This document shows, piece after piece, positions 1 to 14,957 of a DNA stretch of 64,000 nucleotides. Source of the stretch: Paraspadella gotoi (lineage: Eukaryota; Animalia; Chaetognatha); the NCBI GenBank assembly GCA_051294375.1, contig CM119269.1, positions 14,705,918 to 14,769,917 of the forward strand. Reading direction: 5' to 3'. The notes beneath the pieces are model-generated. The model was not told the DNA's origin. It searched no databases and saw only the letters and a list, made by a program, of their open reading frames with translations. Positions within the stretch are counted from its first letter, which is position 1; each line of letters starts with the position of its first letter. Both the position numbers and the translations under genes were made by a program.

Positions 1-822
1 CGACATCATCTTGTGAGGTCTCGCTTGTCTCTACGTTTAAATAAAAAAGAAACCATCGATTTGTTTGTGATTCTCACACCAAAAAAATTTAGTCTCTTTC
101 TCTCTCGCTAGAAGCAGTTTGAAAAGGAGAAGATAACTTGGAAAGAAAAAAGGAACAAAAAGAATTAAAGAGAAGAAAAAAAGAAAAGAAGATAAGAACT
201 AATTGATGGACGAATAAACTGATAAGCAAAGAATGCCCAAGCCATAATTTGCAGAGAAGCAAATGTTTGAGTTGTTTTTTTTTAGTGAAAAATGATTTTG
301 CATTTCGTTACGCGAAGATGAGGGGAGAATTTTTTGACGGCCCGAGTTGAATAAGATACAAAATGAATCGTTTTTTTCTTTTGTCTTTTTTGGGTGTTTT
401 TCTTATTCTTCTTTGCTTTTCTTCCTTGTATTGATTTCTGCCCCGAACTTACAGGTTGGTTTCGAATCCAAAAGCTTCATATTTAATCCCAATTCAGAAC
501 CAGATGAATAAAATTGAATTATCCGAAAATGGAAGGGATGGGATTCCAGGGCTGTTACCGTTTTTTCTTCCCAGCCGAGAGAGAGAGGAGACGACGCGAG
601 GAGAGAATTGATGAGGAGAGAGGAGGGAATAAGGANNNNNNNNNNNNNNNNNNNNNNNNNCTTCGGAAGAAGAAAACGGAACAGGTCCCGTTGGAATCTT
701 CATCCTCTTCCAGTTTCCGATTTATATTCAATTCTTATTCAATTTGTCTTCTTGAATTTGATGTGAAATATTGAAGCTTTTGATTCGAAACAATCCGGTA
801 TTCGGCAGGAAGCAAACTAGGA

Positions 823-882
<60 letters not shown>

Positions 883-2051
883 ACGAAAGAAAGAAAGAAA
901 GAAAAGAAAGAACGATGTCATTTTTCTATCTTTATTTCACTTCGGCGTCAAAATTCTCCCTGCATCTTCGCGTCTGAAATCAAAATATTTTTTTCACTAA
1001 AAAATCACAAACATGTTTGCTTCTCTGCAATATTGCATTCTTTGCTTATTTCTTCCATCATTATTTCTTTCTTTCTTTCTTNNNNNNNNNNNNNNNNNNN
1101 NNNNNNNNNNNNNNNNNNNNNNNNNNNNNNNNNNNNNNNNNNNNNNNNNNNNNNNNNNNNNNNNNNNNNNTTCTTCCAAGTTTTTATCTTTCTTCACTGT
1201 TTCTTTCCTCTCTGTTCTCTTTCTTTCCTGTCTTTCTTTCTTTTTCTATTCCCTGTTTTCTTTCTTTCTTTCTCTCTTCAATTAATTTTCCCCCGTTAAT
1301 CCCTTCCACTTTTTTTCTCTACCTTTATTTTTCTTTTTTCTTTTTTTCTTTTTTTTCTTTTTTTCTTTTTTCTTTTTTCTTTTTTTTTTCTTTTTTTCTT
1401 TTTTTTCTTTTTTTTCTTTTTTCGGCTCTCCGACCTTAATTTCCGCTATTCTAGTTTTTTCCCCTGCGCGCCGAAAATCTTTTTTCAAGTGAGGATCTAT
1501 TCGGTTTCCTACTGGATTTCCAATTAAACGCTCCCGGGGAAGACAGCGCGTTTCCACTTTCTCTCGCCTCTCTCTTCTCTCGCCACTCACTTCCCTCTCT
1601 TTTTTTTTGTATGGAAGCTGGGTGTGTTGCTTGGTTAACCGCTGAAATTCATAATTAAATAGTGGAGTTTTCAGGTGTGACGCCATTGAGGGAAAAAAGC
1701 CAATTGTATGTATTGTTTGTTAAATGGTTTTGTCGTTTATTTTTCTTAATATCTATTAATTAGTTTACTCGTTCGTAATCATCTCAATTTATCAGTCCCG
1801 GTGTCTCCCAGATTTCTTTTCCCCACGAACGAACAAACAAAATCTACTGGAACAAATTTATTAATAAAAAAAAAAAGAAAAAAAAAAAAAAAAAGAAAAA
1901 GAAAAAGAAAAAAAAATCATGTTTTGATTTTTTGTTCCAGATAAAAATTGGTTTCTTCTTCATTGCTTTGGTATAAAAAAAATCAAAACTCGAACCATAG
2001 AAACAAAAAACTATTTAAAAAAGATGGCACAGATTAGAGAGGAGAGGAGGG

Positions 2052-2082
<31 letters not shown>

Positions 2083-3340
2083 ATCGAGATGAGAGAGAGA
2101 GAGAGAGAGAGATCTGCACGAATCTTTTTTCCGCGGGCTTTCTTTTTTTTTATTTCTCTCTCTATTTTTTTTCTACTCGCATCTCTCTCTCTCTTTTTTT
2201 TTCATTCTTCCCCATTGATCATTTATCTTTGGTTGATCTTCCCACCAGAATTCATATTTCATCCGCGAGGATTCGATTACCGAGTTTCCTGTTAATACAG
2301 GGAGCCGAGGAAATGAACAGAGACCTAACGATACAGGGAAGTTTGTAACAATTTGTTTTTTTGTTGTTTAGTTTTGTTACATTAAATCGCGCGATGGTTA
2401 CAAGTGCCTCGTGACTTTTTTGATATCACTCACTTTCCTCTCACTACATTCTCATGGTACGTCGTCTAGAAAATCACAAAATAGTTATGATAATCTGATA
2501 ACTATTGCATTATGTTTCTGACATTGCCATTGCTCTCTTCATCGCCATCATCGTTGTTATTGTCATTGCCATCGTCGTCTTCGTCGTCATCGCCATCGTC
2601 GTCCTCTCCGATACAAAAAAAAATAAAATTAACTGCCAAAACAAGACCACGACGACAACAACGAAAACGACCGAGACCCGCCAACGGTCCATATCTGGCG
2701 AAGCATTCTCGTAATGACTCCGGACTCAGTCCCGACTCCGTCCCCGGTCCAAAACGATCGTCACGTTCACCCCCCCAGTCTTTTCGCCCTTCCCCCCTCT
2801 CCCCCCGCCTCAACTCCCCTCAACCAGCGTCATTCATCTCCAAATTTTCCTTCTCCCCTTTTACCCCTCCCCCTGTTTTTCTCTCCTTAACCCCCTTAAC
2901 CTTTTGCCTCTCCCCCCTTTATTTCCTCCCCTCATTCCTCTTCTCTTCTCTCATTCATCCTCTATTTTCCTCTCTTTTCTCAACCCTCATTCTCGACCCC
3001 TGATTTCTTCCACCATTCTTTGTCCAACCCCCACTCGATCGCCTACACCCTGTCCCCCCCACTGTCTCTTCTCCCCCCACATCTCAAACCAAAGAGAGAG
3101 CCTCAGTCAACCATCATTCAAACGTCGGCTCGTATTACCTTCGGGATCCTCTTTCTTTCTCTTTCTTCATCTTTCTCTTTTTATTTCTCTTCTTCTCTTT
3201 CCTTTTTCTTTCTTTTTTCTCCTTTCTTTTTCTTACCCTTCATTTCTCAGCTTCGCTCGTTTAGTTTTCGATGCCCGAAAATGTTAATTCGAAGGCGAAA
3301 AAAAAAAGATTCGTTGATTTGCGCCGACGAATTAGACTGA

Positions 3341-3406
<66 letters not shown>

Positions 3407-3488
3407 CTCTCTCCCTCTCTTAAGATGGCCGCTTAGGCTTGGCCCCGGGCCGATCTTTTCTCTCTCCTCTCTCTCTCTCTCTCTCTTT

Positions 3489-3526
<38 letters not shown>

Positions 3527-4513
3527 CTCCTCTCTCTCTCTCTCCGCGCAATCATTCAATTTTTATCTTTTCTCAATTTTCCTTCTTTCTGCAAGACGAC
3601 ACATTTTTTTTGCCTCGACAAAGAGAACAAGAAATATTACGCGTGAAATCATTTTAATTTGTCGAGAGAGAGATGGAGAGAGAGGAACATACAGACTACA
3701 TTATCTAAGCCTGAAACCTGCGGCATCACTACATAGAATCCCCTGTACCGGGAATCACGTATCACAGGTAAACAACAAGCTAGGGCATACTCTAGAACCT
3801 CGCAAAAACGAAAGTCCGGCGCTGACGATTGTTGACTGAAAAAAGACGACCGAAGGGTGATGAAGCGACGAGAAGAGAGAAGATGATCTGAAGGATGAGG
3901 AGAGAGAGATGAGATGAGAGAGAGAGAGAGAAAGAAGAAGAAAGAGAAAGAGAGAGAAAGGAAGATTAGATAATTGATTTCCTGCTAATCAAAGAGATGG
4001 CGTAGAAGTTTTTCCTTTCTGCCTTCAATAACGAATCTTCTCTTTCAAATTTTTTTGTTCCCTTTCTTTCTTTTTTTCTTCCGATTTCCTTTTCTTTTGT
4101 TCTTTTTTTTTTTAAATAATTTTTTCTTAATTTAAATTTTTTTCTCTCAAATGTTTTTTTTTTTTTTTTTTTTTTTTGAATTTTGACAAAAAAAAACTTT
4201 TTCGTTCTTGGCGGGGAAAGAGAAATGGAGTAGGTTAAGAGTCTGGACGACGACGGACGACGACGAAGACGAAACGGCGTTTCCATTGACGACCTCTGAG
4301 CGGAAAGCGCGTCGACTTATCGATGAAACTCCAAAAATATGACCATAACAATAACAACAGGCCACCCATGTTGTCAACGCGGGAAACGACGACGAGTACG
4401 ACGACGACAACGACGACAACGACGACAACAACTTGGGAGACGAATTCGAAACCACGAATCTCCTTTGGTCGAAACTCGTAAATCTCGACCTCTTTTTTTC
4501 GCTGCCATTGTTA

Positions 4514-4610
<97 letters not shown>

Positions 4611-5200
4611 AATAAGTATATACCACTCTCTCCTCAGTCTCTCACGAGCGGCTCTTAGTCGTTATCGCGCACGCTCCTCGAGTCATCCTATGTACACTAA
4701 TTAGACGCTATCCAGACTAGCACTCACGCACTTAATACGATAACAGGGAGCGTGGATAGAGAACTCGAGATATAGATATGTTCTACTGTACTCGAAGTGC
4801 GCGCCCAGCCAGACGTTGCTGTTATCATATACACACACAACATCGCATATTATAGAACACTCGATGCTTCCCGTGTCTCCAACTTTTCAATATATACTCC
4901 CTCATCGTGATGCGTGAACTATCGCCATCTGTCTCCATAGAATCACATCTCTTCCCCTCTTTATCTCGTGCTCTTGATTCCAGCAACAGCGCGCAAAATT
5001 CCGCCTCCCCTCCACGATTCAGGTTCTTAAATATTTCTTTAGAACCCAAAGTTTTTTTAATATTTTGATAATACGTACTCAAACGAGCTCTCGATTTGAA
5101 GAACCAGTTCTGTTGTCCCACCTCTTTTAGTCGTACTACTTAATTTTTAATTTAAATGCTTATTCTTTTTTTTATTCAAATATTGTGACAAAAATTAACG

Positions 5201-5235
5201 CTTATGAAGGCTTGAAAGCAAAGCCGAAACATGTC
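5201..5235 (+). ncRNA. Degenerate hammerhead motif (core CTTATGA)
   Basis: CTTATGA-A-GGCT-tgaaagcaa-AGCC-GAAAC-AT-GTC with stem I AACG/TGTT. G5 is replaced by T. Resembles the 33981 motif. Confidence 0.6.
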
Positions 5236-6335
5236 TGTTTTATAATAATAAAACCGAATCGTTGTCGAATCCAAAAAACTTTCTCTATTCAAATATTATA
5301 CATAATAAATTCGGTTTAACATAAAATTATTCATTAGCTCTCCCAACAAAATCTTACTTCACAATAACAGAAAAAAAAATTAGTTTCCCTCTGAAAGTTT
5401 AAATATTAAAAATATTGATTCTAATCAATAAAGGTCTTTTAAGCCCCGAATGGGTTTTGCCATTAAACTTCTTCTTCTCTTTTTAAATTATGAGACAAAA
5501 ACTTCTCAAAGATGAAGAGAAGATGAAGAGTCTTTTGTTTTCTCTTCCTCTTGGAGGATCGAGCGATCTCCCGCAGACTCAGCGGCCTTACTCACTCAGT
5601 CCTCAACTTTCTCGTCTCCTCATTTCCTTCATCGTCTTCTCAACTCCTTTCTCATCTTCTCACTTAAATCTTTTTTCATCTCCTCTTCTAACTAGTATAT
5701 ACTCTCCTTACGGATTTCAAATTGGAGTGAAATGAAAAGATTTATTATTACTCTTAACTGACTCAATATGATTGATATTTGATAATTTCATGAGTTAAAA
5801 AATTCCCTGACGTTTATGTTTTTTTATAACAAATTAAGAATACTCTATATCCTAACAACTGGTGAGCTTGCTTTCCAGCAGCTTCTTTTGCAGAACTTTT
5901 TCCCTCTTACTTGATAATTCAATTTTAAACTCATTGTGAAAAAAATTGTGACAAATATTATGATTTCTTTTATATTCATTAGTTAGTATAATGTCCATTT
6001 TCTCGTTCCTCACCCTTCATTTGTCATTCCTCACCCTCTTCTCTCTCCCTTACCTTCCTCTCCTCCCCCATCCGCCCCGCTAATTCGCACACCTGCCGCC
6101 ACCAAATGTCAGCGTCTTAGAAGCCGCCAATAAAAACCTTTGTATCGATGCCATTTTGTTTGCGTTCGCGTTTGTCGTCGTCGCCTTTGTCGTCGTCGCC
6201 TTTGTCGTCGTCGCCATGGTCCCCCGCTATTCGGCGTCGAGCGCCGGGGATGTATGGTTCGCCATTTTTTGTTGGGGGGGGGGATGAGAATAGATTTGTT
6301 TGTTTTTGTTCTTTGGACTGGGGTTTGGCACGCGC

Positions 6336-6380
<45 letters not shown>

Positions 6381-7172
6381 CAGAGAGAAAGAGAGAGAGA
6401 GAGATTCGTCGATTCGTCTCATTTCCTACATTATCAGGTCCTTTCTTTGTCAGGGGGTAATTATTTAAAGACCGTTTCTCTCGTCGCATAAATCACTTTC
6501 CCGTTTTGCGAAATCCCCCTGGGGGCGAATGCAGAGAAGTAAAGGGTGATCATTGTCAATTAGGATTTTCTTTCGGGGACAAAACTGTAAGACGCGGGAC
6601 GGAAACGAACGAAATATTTCGGAATTAAAATTTATAATAGTTTGTCTTCTTTTAATATGTTTTTAAAGTATGTTTGCAAATAATTCTGCTACGTTTTCCT
6701 GTCATTGGCATTATAAGTGTATATGCGCACTAGATTTCCATCTCAAATTTTTACCTCCGAGTTTTCTATTCTACAATGAACAAGCAGCGGCATTTCTTTC
6801 AACAACAACAACAACAACAACAACCACGCAAATCTGACATTGTTTATTTAATTATCATTTTGAGTCGCGTCCACTTTGTCCGTCCCCAACAAAAGGACCC
6901 CGCTGTATTCCATCGGAGATTATTATTCGGGGGTAAAATATTTGGTTTTAATCGTAGACGTCGGTCGCCGTCTCTTCCTCGGATGACGAATGAGAAAAGA
7001 GGTGGGAGACTTTTGTGGTCGAAGCGGGAAAAAGACTCGACTCATTTGTGACACAGAAAATAGAGAAGTAGAGAAGAAGTAGAGAAGAAAGATAAAAGAA
7101 AGACGGGGAATCAATCATTGCCAAAGGAAAGAGAAAGACGACGACCACGAAAATCCGATTCATAACCATTTT

Positions 7173-7206
<34 letters not shown>

Positions 7207-7273
7207 NNNNNNNNNNNNNNNNNNNNNNNNNTCTCCTCTCTCTCATTTCTTGGTGATCCGATCGTGTCTTTTA

Positions 7274-7624
7274 AGGCAAGTTAGGGTTTGAAATTAAGGG
7301 CTTAAGAAGGCTTTAAAACTGATTTGAATATTTATTTCAGCCTTCAGGCTCGGTTTTTCTATGAGCCTTTTTCTTCGGATATTAAAATGAAAACATCATG
7401 CAGTTTTTTTATCGATAACTAAAAAGTATTAGTTGCTAATCTCTTCTAGGCCAAGTTAGGGTTTGAAATTAAGGGTTTAAGAAGGCTTTAAAACTGATTT
7501 GAATATTATTCAGCCTTCAGGCTCGGTTTTTCTATGAGCTATTTGCTTTCGGATATTTTAAAAATGAAAACATCATGCAGTTTTTTTATCGATAACTAAA
7601 AAGTATTAGTTGCTAATCTCTTCT
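7274..7624 (+). repeat. Two tandem ~175-bp units running into an assembly gap
   Basis: AGG(C)CAAGTTAGGGTTTGAAATTAAGGG...GTTGCTAATCTCTTCT repeated at 7274 and 7448. Confidence 0.8.
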
Positions 7625-8129
7625 NNNNNNNNNNNNNNNNNNNNNNNNNNNNNNNNNNNNNNNNNNNNNNNNNNNNNNNNNNNNNNNNNNNNNNNNNNNN
7701 NNNNNNNNNNNNNNNNNNNNNNNNNNNNNNNNNNNNNNNNNNNNNNNNNNNNNNNNNNNNNNNNNNNNNNNNNNNNNNNNNNNNNNNNNNNNNNNNNNNN
7801 NNNNNNNNNNNNNNNNNNNNNNNNNNNNNNNNNNNNNNNNNNNNNNNNNNNNNNNNNNNNNNNNNNNNNNNNNNNNNNNNNNNNNNNNNNNNNNNNNNNN
7901 NNNNNNNNNNNNNNNNNNNNNNNNNNNNNNNNNNNNNNNNNNNNNNNNNNNNNNNNNNNNNNNNNNNNNNNNNNNNNNNNNNNNNNNNNNNNNNNNNNNN
8001 NNNNNNNNNNNNNNNNNNNNNNNNNNNNNNNNNNNNNNNNNNNNNNNNNNNNNNNNNNNNNNNNNNNNNNNNNNNNNNNNNNNNNNNNNNNNNNNNNNNN
8101 NNNNNNNNNNNNNNNNNNNNNNNNNNNGA

Positions 8130-10742
8130 GAAGAGAGAGAGAGCAGAGAGAGAGAGAGAGAGAGAGAGAACGAGAGAAGGAGAGAGAGAGAGGAGAGAGA
8201 GAGAGACGAGAGAGAAAAGAGAATGGTTATGGAATCGGCATTTTCGTGGTTCGGTCGTCTTTCTCTTTCCTTTGGCATGATTGAGTTCCCCGTCTTCCTT
8301 TTATCCATGGTGTACTGTCTCTACTTCTTCTCTAGCGTTTCTCTGATTATTTATGTCAGGTCATCAAAATGGAGTTCGAGGTCTTTTTCCTCCGCGACCT
8401 TCGACCGCCACCAAAAGTCTCCCACCTCTGTAGGTTGCGTCATGGGCCATGTGTTCGCGTGTCATTGCCGAAGGAAGAACGCGCCGAACGACCGACGTCT
8501 ACGACTTGAAAACCCAAAATTATTTTCCCCCGAATAATAATCATCCGAATGGAATAACATGCGGGGTGCCTTGTTATGTTGCGGACGGAGCAAAGTGGGA
8601 GTCGCGACTCAAAGAATGATAATTAAATAAGACAATGTCAGATTTTGCGGTGTTAGTTGTTGTTGTATTGTTGAAAGAAATGCCGAGCTGGCTTGTTTCA
8701 TTGTAGAATTTGCTTAGCAGAAAAATATAAAACTCACGGAGGATAAAAATTTGAGGATGGAAAATCTAGTGGCGGCGCATAACAATTAACACTTTAAAGA
8801 AAAGAAAATCAATCGGCCAATGGACAGGAAAGCGGAGAGCAGAATTAATTATGGCAAAACATATACTTTAAAAACAATGATGTGAAGCAGGACGACCTAG
8901 AGGACTATTGATAGCCAATTTGATTAATTTCCGGCAGGACATATTTGCGGTTCGTTTCCGTCAGACGCAATAGCGCGTGCCTTACAGTTTTGGTCGACCC
9001 GAAAAGGAAAATCCTACATTGAGACAAATGCGGATCGAACCGTCGCTCGTGTTACTTTCTGGCTCTAGCATGTGCGCCCACCAGCCGGGGATCTTTCAGG
9101 CCGACAAAATCGGGAAATGTGGAGTTCATTAATAGCGAACGAGAATGCAACGGCGATGCTTTGTTAAAAGTAAATTACGGCAAAAGTTCGAGGTGGGTGT
9201 CGTGCGAGGACGACATTCCAGCGACTGGAGAATGAGTGCGATGCGCGGTGTCTGGCGATCCATGCGGATCGGATGGCCCGTGGACAAAGATACAGGACCA
9301 GGACGGCTGATAATGTGAGCGAGAAATGAGCACGACATCGACAGAGCTACTCTCGTCTTCGTCCTTTCTCATCTGTCTCTCATGCTCTCGTCGTCTCTCG
9401 ATCTCATCCTCATCTCTCTCCATCGTGCCTCTCTCTCCCTCTCTCTCGTCTCTCTCTCTCTCTCTCTGCTCTCGTTCTTTCTCTGTCTGTCTGCGGTGCC
9501 AAACGCGCCAGTCGGCAAAGAACAAAAACAAACAAATCTATTATCTCATTCCCACCCCCCACAAAAAATCTGGCGAACGCGCATACAATCCCCGGCGCTC
9601 GGACGCCGATAGCGGGGACCAGTTTAGCGAGAGGCGAGCGACGACAAAGGCGACGCACGACAAAGGCGACGACGACAAAGGCGAGCGACGACAAACGCGC
9701 GAAGCTCGCAAAGCAAAATGGCATCGATACAAAGGTTTTTTATTGGCGGTTCTAAGACGCGCTGGACAATTTGGTGGCGGCAGGTGGTGGCGAATTAGCG
9801 GGGGCGATGGGGGGGGAGAGGGAAGGTAAGGGAAGAAGAGAGGAGAAAAGAGGTGAGGAACGAGAAAATGGACATTATAACTTACTAAGGCATATATAAA
9901 AGAAATTATAGATATTCGTCAACAAATTTTTTTCACAATGAGCTTAAATGAATTATCAAGTAAGAGGGAAAAAGGTTCTGCAAAAGAAGGCTGCTTGAAA
10001 GCTAAGCTCACAGTTGTTAGGACTACATATAGAGTATTTTTAATTTGTTATAAAAAAAACATTAACACGTCAGGCGAATTGTCTCTTTAACTCAATGAAT
10101 TATCAAATTGCAATCAATATTGAGTCAGTTAAGAGTAATAAATAAATCTTTTCATTTCACTCCAAAATTTGGAAATCCAGTGAAGAAGTATATAGCTAGT
10201 TAGAAGAGGAGATGAAAAAAAGATTTTAAGTGAGAAGATGAGAAAGGAGTTGAGAAGAAGCGAGAAGGAAATGAGGAGACGAGAAAGTTTGAGGACGCTG
10301 AGTGAGTAAGGCCGCTGAGTCTGGCGGGAGATCGCTCGATCCTCCAAGAGGAAGAAGAAAACAAAAAACTCTTCAATCTTCCTGCTTCATCTTTGAGAAA
10401 GTTTTTTTGTCTCATAATTATAAAAAGAGAAAGAACGAAAGTTTACATGCAAAAACCCATTCGGGGCCTTAAAGACCTTTATTGGATTAGAATCATATTT
10501 TTAATATTTAAACTGTTCCAGAGGGACAACTAATTTTTTTTTTCTGTTATTGTGAAAGTAAGATTTTGTTGTTTGAGAGCCTAAAGATTAATTTATTGTT
10601 AAAACAAAATATTATTATAATATTTTGAATAGAAGAAAGTTGAATTTGTGATTCGAACAACGATTCGGTTCTTATTATTATAAAGACAGACATGTTTCGG
10701 CTTTGCTTTGCAATGCCTTCAATTAAGCGTTAATTTTTGTCA
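8130..10742 (-). other. Inverted, indel-rich copy of about 5187-7200; probable raw long-read gap-fill artefact
   Basis: Colinear reverse complement that is longer than the original, with mostly single-base insertions, and begins at a gap edge. Confidence 0.75.
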
Positions 10743-11289
10743 GTTTTTGCGCCTCATGTGTAATATTTTAAAAAAAATTTCGCCAAAAACACTGGGATTA
10801 AACATATAAATATTAAAAAGAAAACAACCAGGAATTTAAAAACTCAAATAGCTCTCGTCATACGCGCTTAAATTTTCCCCTCTTCAATTTCGCATAACGT
10901 TTGATTTTTCTCAAATAAAAAACAACGTTAACGTTTTTCAATTCTCCTACTTTGTCTTCGCGTCGCCAGTGACGATTCACTAAATTCTCACGACGTCTAT
11001 TGCCTCATTGCCCCTTGAACTCCCCTTCTCTCTTGCCCCGTCCATCTTGCCCTCCCTCCTGCCCCTCCACTCTTTCTCCCCCCGTGCCTCTCCATCTCTT
11101 CTCCCCTGCCCCTCCATCTTTCTCCCCCCTGCCCCTTCCATCGCCTTCACACCCCACTCCCCCTCCCCACGTTTCATAATCCGCCCTCACGATAATCCCC
11201 TGACGACTTCACGACGTCTCGGTCGTACGCAAAAAGTTTAAAAATGTTTTTAAATCTCAAAACAAAACAGAATGAGTGTGAAATTTACC

Positions 11290-11333
<44 letters not shown>

Positions 11334-11833
11334 CGCGAAGTTAATCACGAAGACGAAGACGAAAAACAAAAAAACGATAACGACGAATAATCTTTGGAAA
11401 GGTCACGTCTAGAAAATTAACCGAGAACATCCCGACGAAGACGACAACAATGATAAACGCATTCAAAAACAACAGCAACGATAACGACAACAACAACAAC
11501 GATATCATTAAAAAGCAAAACAAAATGGAAAGGCAACAATGCGAACTCCAAGGACGAGAAATCGAAGCTTCGACCGCAACGGAAACACTAAACCTTTTGA
11601 GAAAATGAAAGAAGAGACATTAAGGAGAATGACGACGATAACGACGACATTTATGACGATGACGATGATGATGTCGAGGCTGAAGATGATGGGAACTGTG
11701 ATGATAACGATGATGAGGATGATACAGACGATGATGATGATCATTCTTGATGATTATGATGATGATGACGATTTCCGCGATGTTAAAAATGAAGATGATT
11801 ATAATTTCGAAGATGACGATGATGATAATGATA

Positions 11834-11876
<43 letters not shown>

Positions 11877-13076
11877 CGATGAATCCAACTGCGATGGGTT
11901 TTTTTCATTCATTTGTTATTCGATTTTTAACAAAAGGGAAAAAATGAAAAAAAAGATGATGAAGACGACGACGACGAAGACGACGACGACTCTGACAGGT
12001 CGCGTCGGAAAGAAATCAGGTGGCGCATTTCTCTTCGGACCCCCTGGTGGTCAGAATCCGAAAAGNNNNNNNNNNNNNNNNNNNNNNNNNNNNNNNNNNN
12101 NNNNNNNNNNNNNNNNNNNNNNNNNNNNNNNNNNNNNNNNNNNNNNNNNNNNNNNNNNNNNNNNNNNNNNNNNNNNNNNNNNNNNNNNNNNNNNNNNNNN
12201 NNNNNNNNNNNNNNNNNNNNNNNNNNNNNNNNNGAGAGAGAGTTAGCAAATAAAAGAACAAACAAACGAAACAAAGTTGACACCTTTGTTCATAAAATAA
12301 CACGGGTTAGGGAAAGTTGAAATGAGAATTATGAAAATGAAAGAAGGAGGACTACAATGACGACGACGACGACGACGACGATGACAGAGAGGGAGAGGAT
12401 GAGAGGGCGGACTACAAATTTGATTGACTCTAACGATGATGGAGTCAACGGTGACGACGACGACGAATAACGACGATGATGACGACGACGCCAACGACGA
12501 TGACATTTACGACAAAGAAATGTCCTTAGTTTTTTCCCTTTGATCTTTTTTTTTTTTGACGAAAAAAGAAGATTTTTCAAAAGAATTAATTATTATTCAA
12601 TTTTTTTTTTAAATTTTGACAGTGAAAAGCTTTTTGTTCCAAATTGACCCAAGGTTTATGGATCTCATCTTCCTGAGGCGTATCACCCTTTTTTTTTTGC
12701 CGCCAAACTTTAATAGATAATTATTTCTATGTATGATAATCGATTTTTTTTTCTAATGTTCGACGCCTTTGAAAGATANNNNNNNNNNNNNNNNNNNNNN
12801 NNNNNNNNNNNNNNNNNNNNNNNNNNNNNNNNNNNNNNNNNNNNNNNNNNNNNNNNNNNNNNNNNNNNNNNNNNNNNNNNNNNNNNNNNNNNNNNNNNNN
12901 NNNNNNNNNNNNNNNNNNNNNNNNNNNNNNNAATCGATTTTTTTTTTCTAATGTTCGACGCCTTTGAAAGATAATGATTCAATTTTATTTCGTATTTAGA
13001 TTTAATTTCGTATTTAAAAAAAAAAAACTTTGGCGAGCTGGAGATTACGTCAGATAACGTTTTCTTTTTTTTTCCA

Positions 13077-13335
13077 AATTATAATATTTTTCATTTGTTG
13101 CGATCGGTAACTAACTATTTAATTTCTCTAACAAAACCATCTCCTTTTTTAATTATAATATTAATTTTAATTATAATATTTTTCATTTGTTGCGATCGGT
13201 AACTAACTATTTAATTTCTCTAACAAAACCATCTCCTTTTTTAATTATAATATTAATTTTAATTATAATATTTTTCATTCGTTGGGAACGGTAACTAACT
13301 GTTTAATTTCTCTAACAAAACCATCTCCTTTTTTA
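13077..13335 (+). repeat. 92-bp minisatellite, ~2.8 copies
   Basis: Units start at 13077, 13169 and 13261. Confidence 0.9.
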
Positions 13336-14155
13336 ACCGCCATGACTTATTTAACTAAAAAAATTTGATGTCATGACGATTTTTAAAAAAAACTTGTCTC
13401 GCAATAATGCGGTCTAGAACTTTACCGACAGCGATTAAGTAATAAATTTGGGAAGAGAATAACGAAAAAAAAAATCTAATCTAGAAAAATATTTGTCCGT
13501 CGAAACGATTAACCTTCGAGGGAGAAAATTCGTGTGGTTCCATCTATGGACGAGAAATAAAAAAAATGGCAGGAGGAGAAAAAGGAAAGGAGAAAAAAAA
13601 GGAAGGGCGAATAAAAAAGGGAAAGGTAAGTAAAAGTAGTTACTATAAAAAGGCGGAAGCGAACGTTTAAAAAGAAAAAGGAAAAATAAGGAATGGAATT
13701 TAAAAAAAAAATTAAAGGAAACTCTCCACTCCTATTTTTGCTAAAATGATCAAGAAATTTGTAAAATTATTTAACTAAAAAAAGGTGACAAATTCGTCAA
13801 AAAGTTCCCCCAAAATAATTTCAGCTACACATACTTATAGTCACAATTTATTCCCTTCCTTGTCCTTTTTTATTTGCCTGAAATGTCCTCAACCATTTCC
13901 CTCCCATGTCCTTTTTTGTTCGTTCCTTCGTCTTATTCCCTATATTGTCCCTTTTTTATTTCTTTGTCATTTTTTATTTCTCTCTTCTAAATCTAGGCAA
14001 GGGCTCATTTCATCTTTTTTTCATTTACGCGATTTTTACTTTGTTGGTAAACTTCCGATACTCAATTGGTGGAGATAATTATACTAGGAATATATGATAT
14101 ATTTTATTATTAGGGGTTTACTAAAACTACTAATTTGTAATATAAAAGAGAATAT

Positions 14156-14770
14156 ACAGTAAGGCGTAGTAAAATTTCTAAATTTAACTTTAATTAAAAT
14201 TCTAAAAGTGAGGAACGAACAACATTATACTAATGAACATTTATGTATAAAAAAATTTATCATAAATTTTACAATTTACGCAGTAGGCCATATTTATACT
14301 AGTACTAATCCAATAAATGTTAAAATTTCAAAACAGTTTTTTCTAAGATTTTTTTGGCAGATTTGGATTCGTCATAAAAAGTTGATGAAAAGAAATATAA
14401 CTCTTTTTAAAATATTCCTTCATTAAGTGGGTCAAAAATTAGAAAAAGCTATATTTTAAGCTGAAAATTAACTTTTTATATATTAAATATAGTTATTGTA
14501 ATTTTTAACACACTTAATGAAAGAATTTTTAAAAATAATTTATATTTTCTTTTATCAACTTTTGACGAGGAATTCAAATCTGCAATCAAAATTAAGAAAA
14601 GCCTATTTTGAAATTTTTCGATTTTATAAGGATAGTACTATATATAAATATAGCCTACTGCGAAAATTAAAAAAACATAAAATTAATTTTTTTTACAAAT
14701 TAATGTTCATAATGTTGTTCATAATTGACCTTTAGAATTTTCGTACGTAACTTTCACTACGCCTTAATAT
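14156..14770. mobile_element. MITE with long imperfect inverted arms
   Basis: TAAGGCGTAGT at 14160 and ACTACGCCTTA at 14756. Internal arms are also complementary (GAACAACATTAT / ATAATGTTGTTC). No coding capacity. Confidence 0.65.
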
Positions 14771-14920
14771 ACAGGTACGGAAATTTAAAAAAAAATAAAA
14801 GTCAATAGGCAACTAAGAAATAGGCCTGATTCTATCGGAGCGCAGAAAGAGCGGGGAAGAGGAGGAAACTTTTTTTGTTTTTATGGGCGATTGTCGGCGT
14901 CGGGATCATCGTCATCATCT

Positions 14921-14957
<37 letters not shown>

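Noticed and set aside
12738-12973. 41-bp direct repeat flanking a gap
   Set aside because: Most likely unmerged overlapping contig ends.
13077-13335. Tandem repeats as a CRISPR array
   Set aside because: No unique spacers, no cas genes, and a eukaryotic context.
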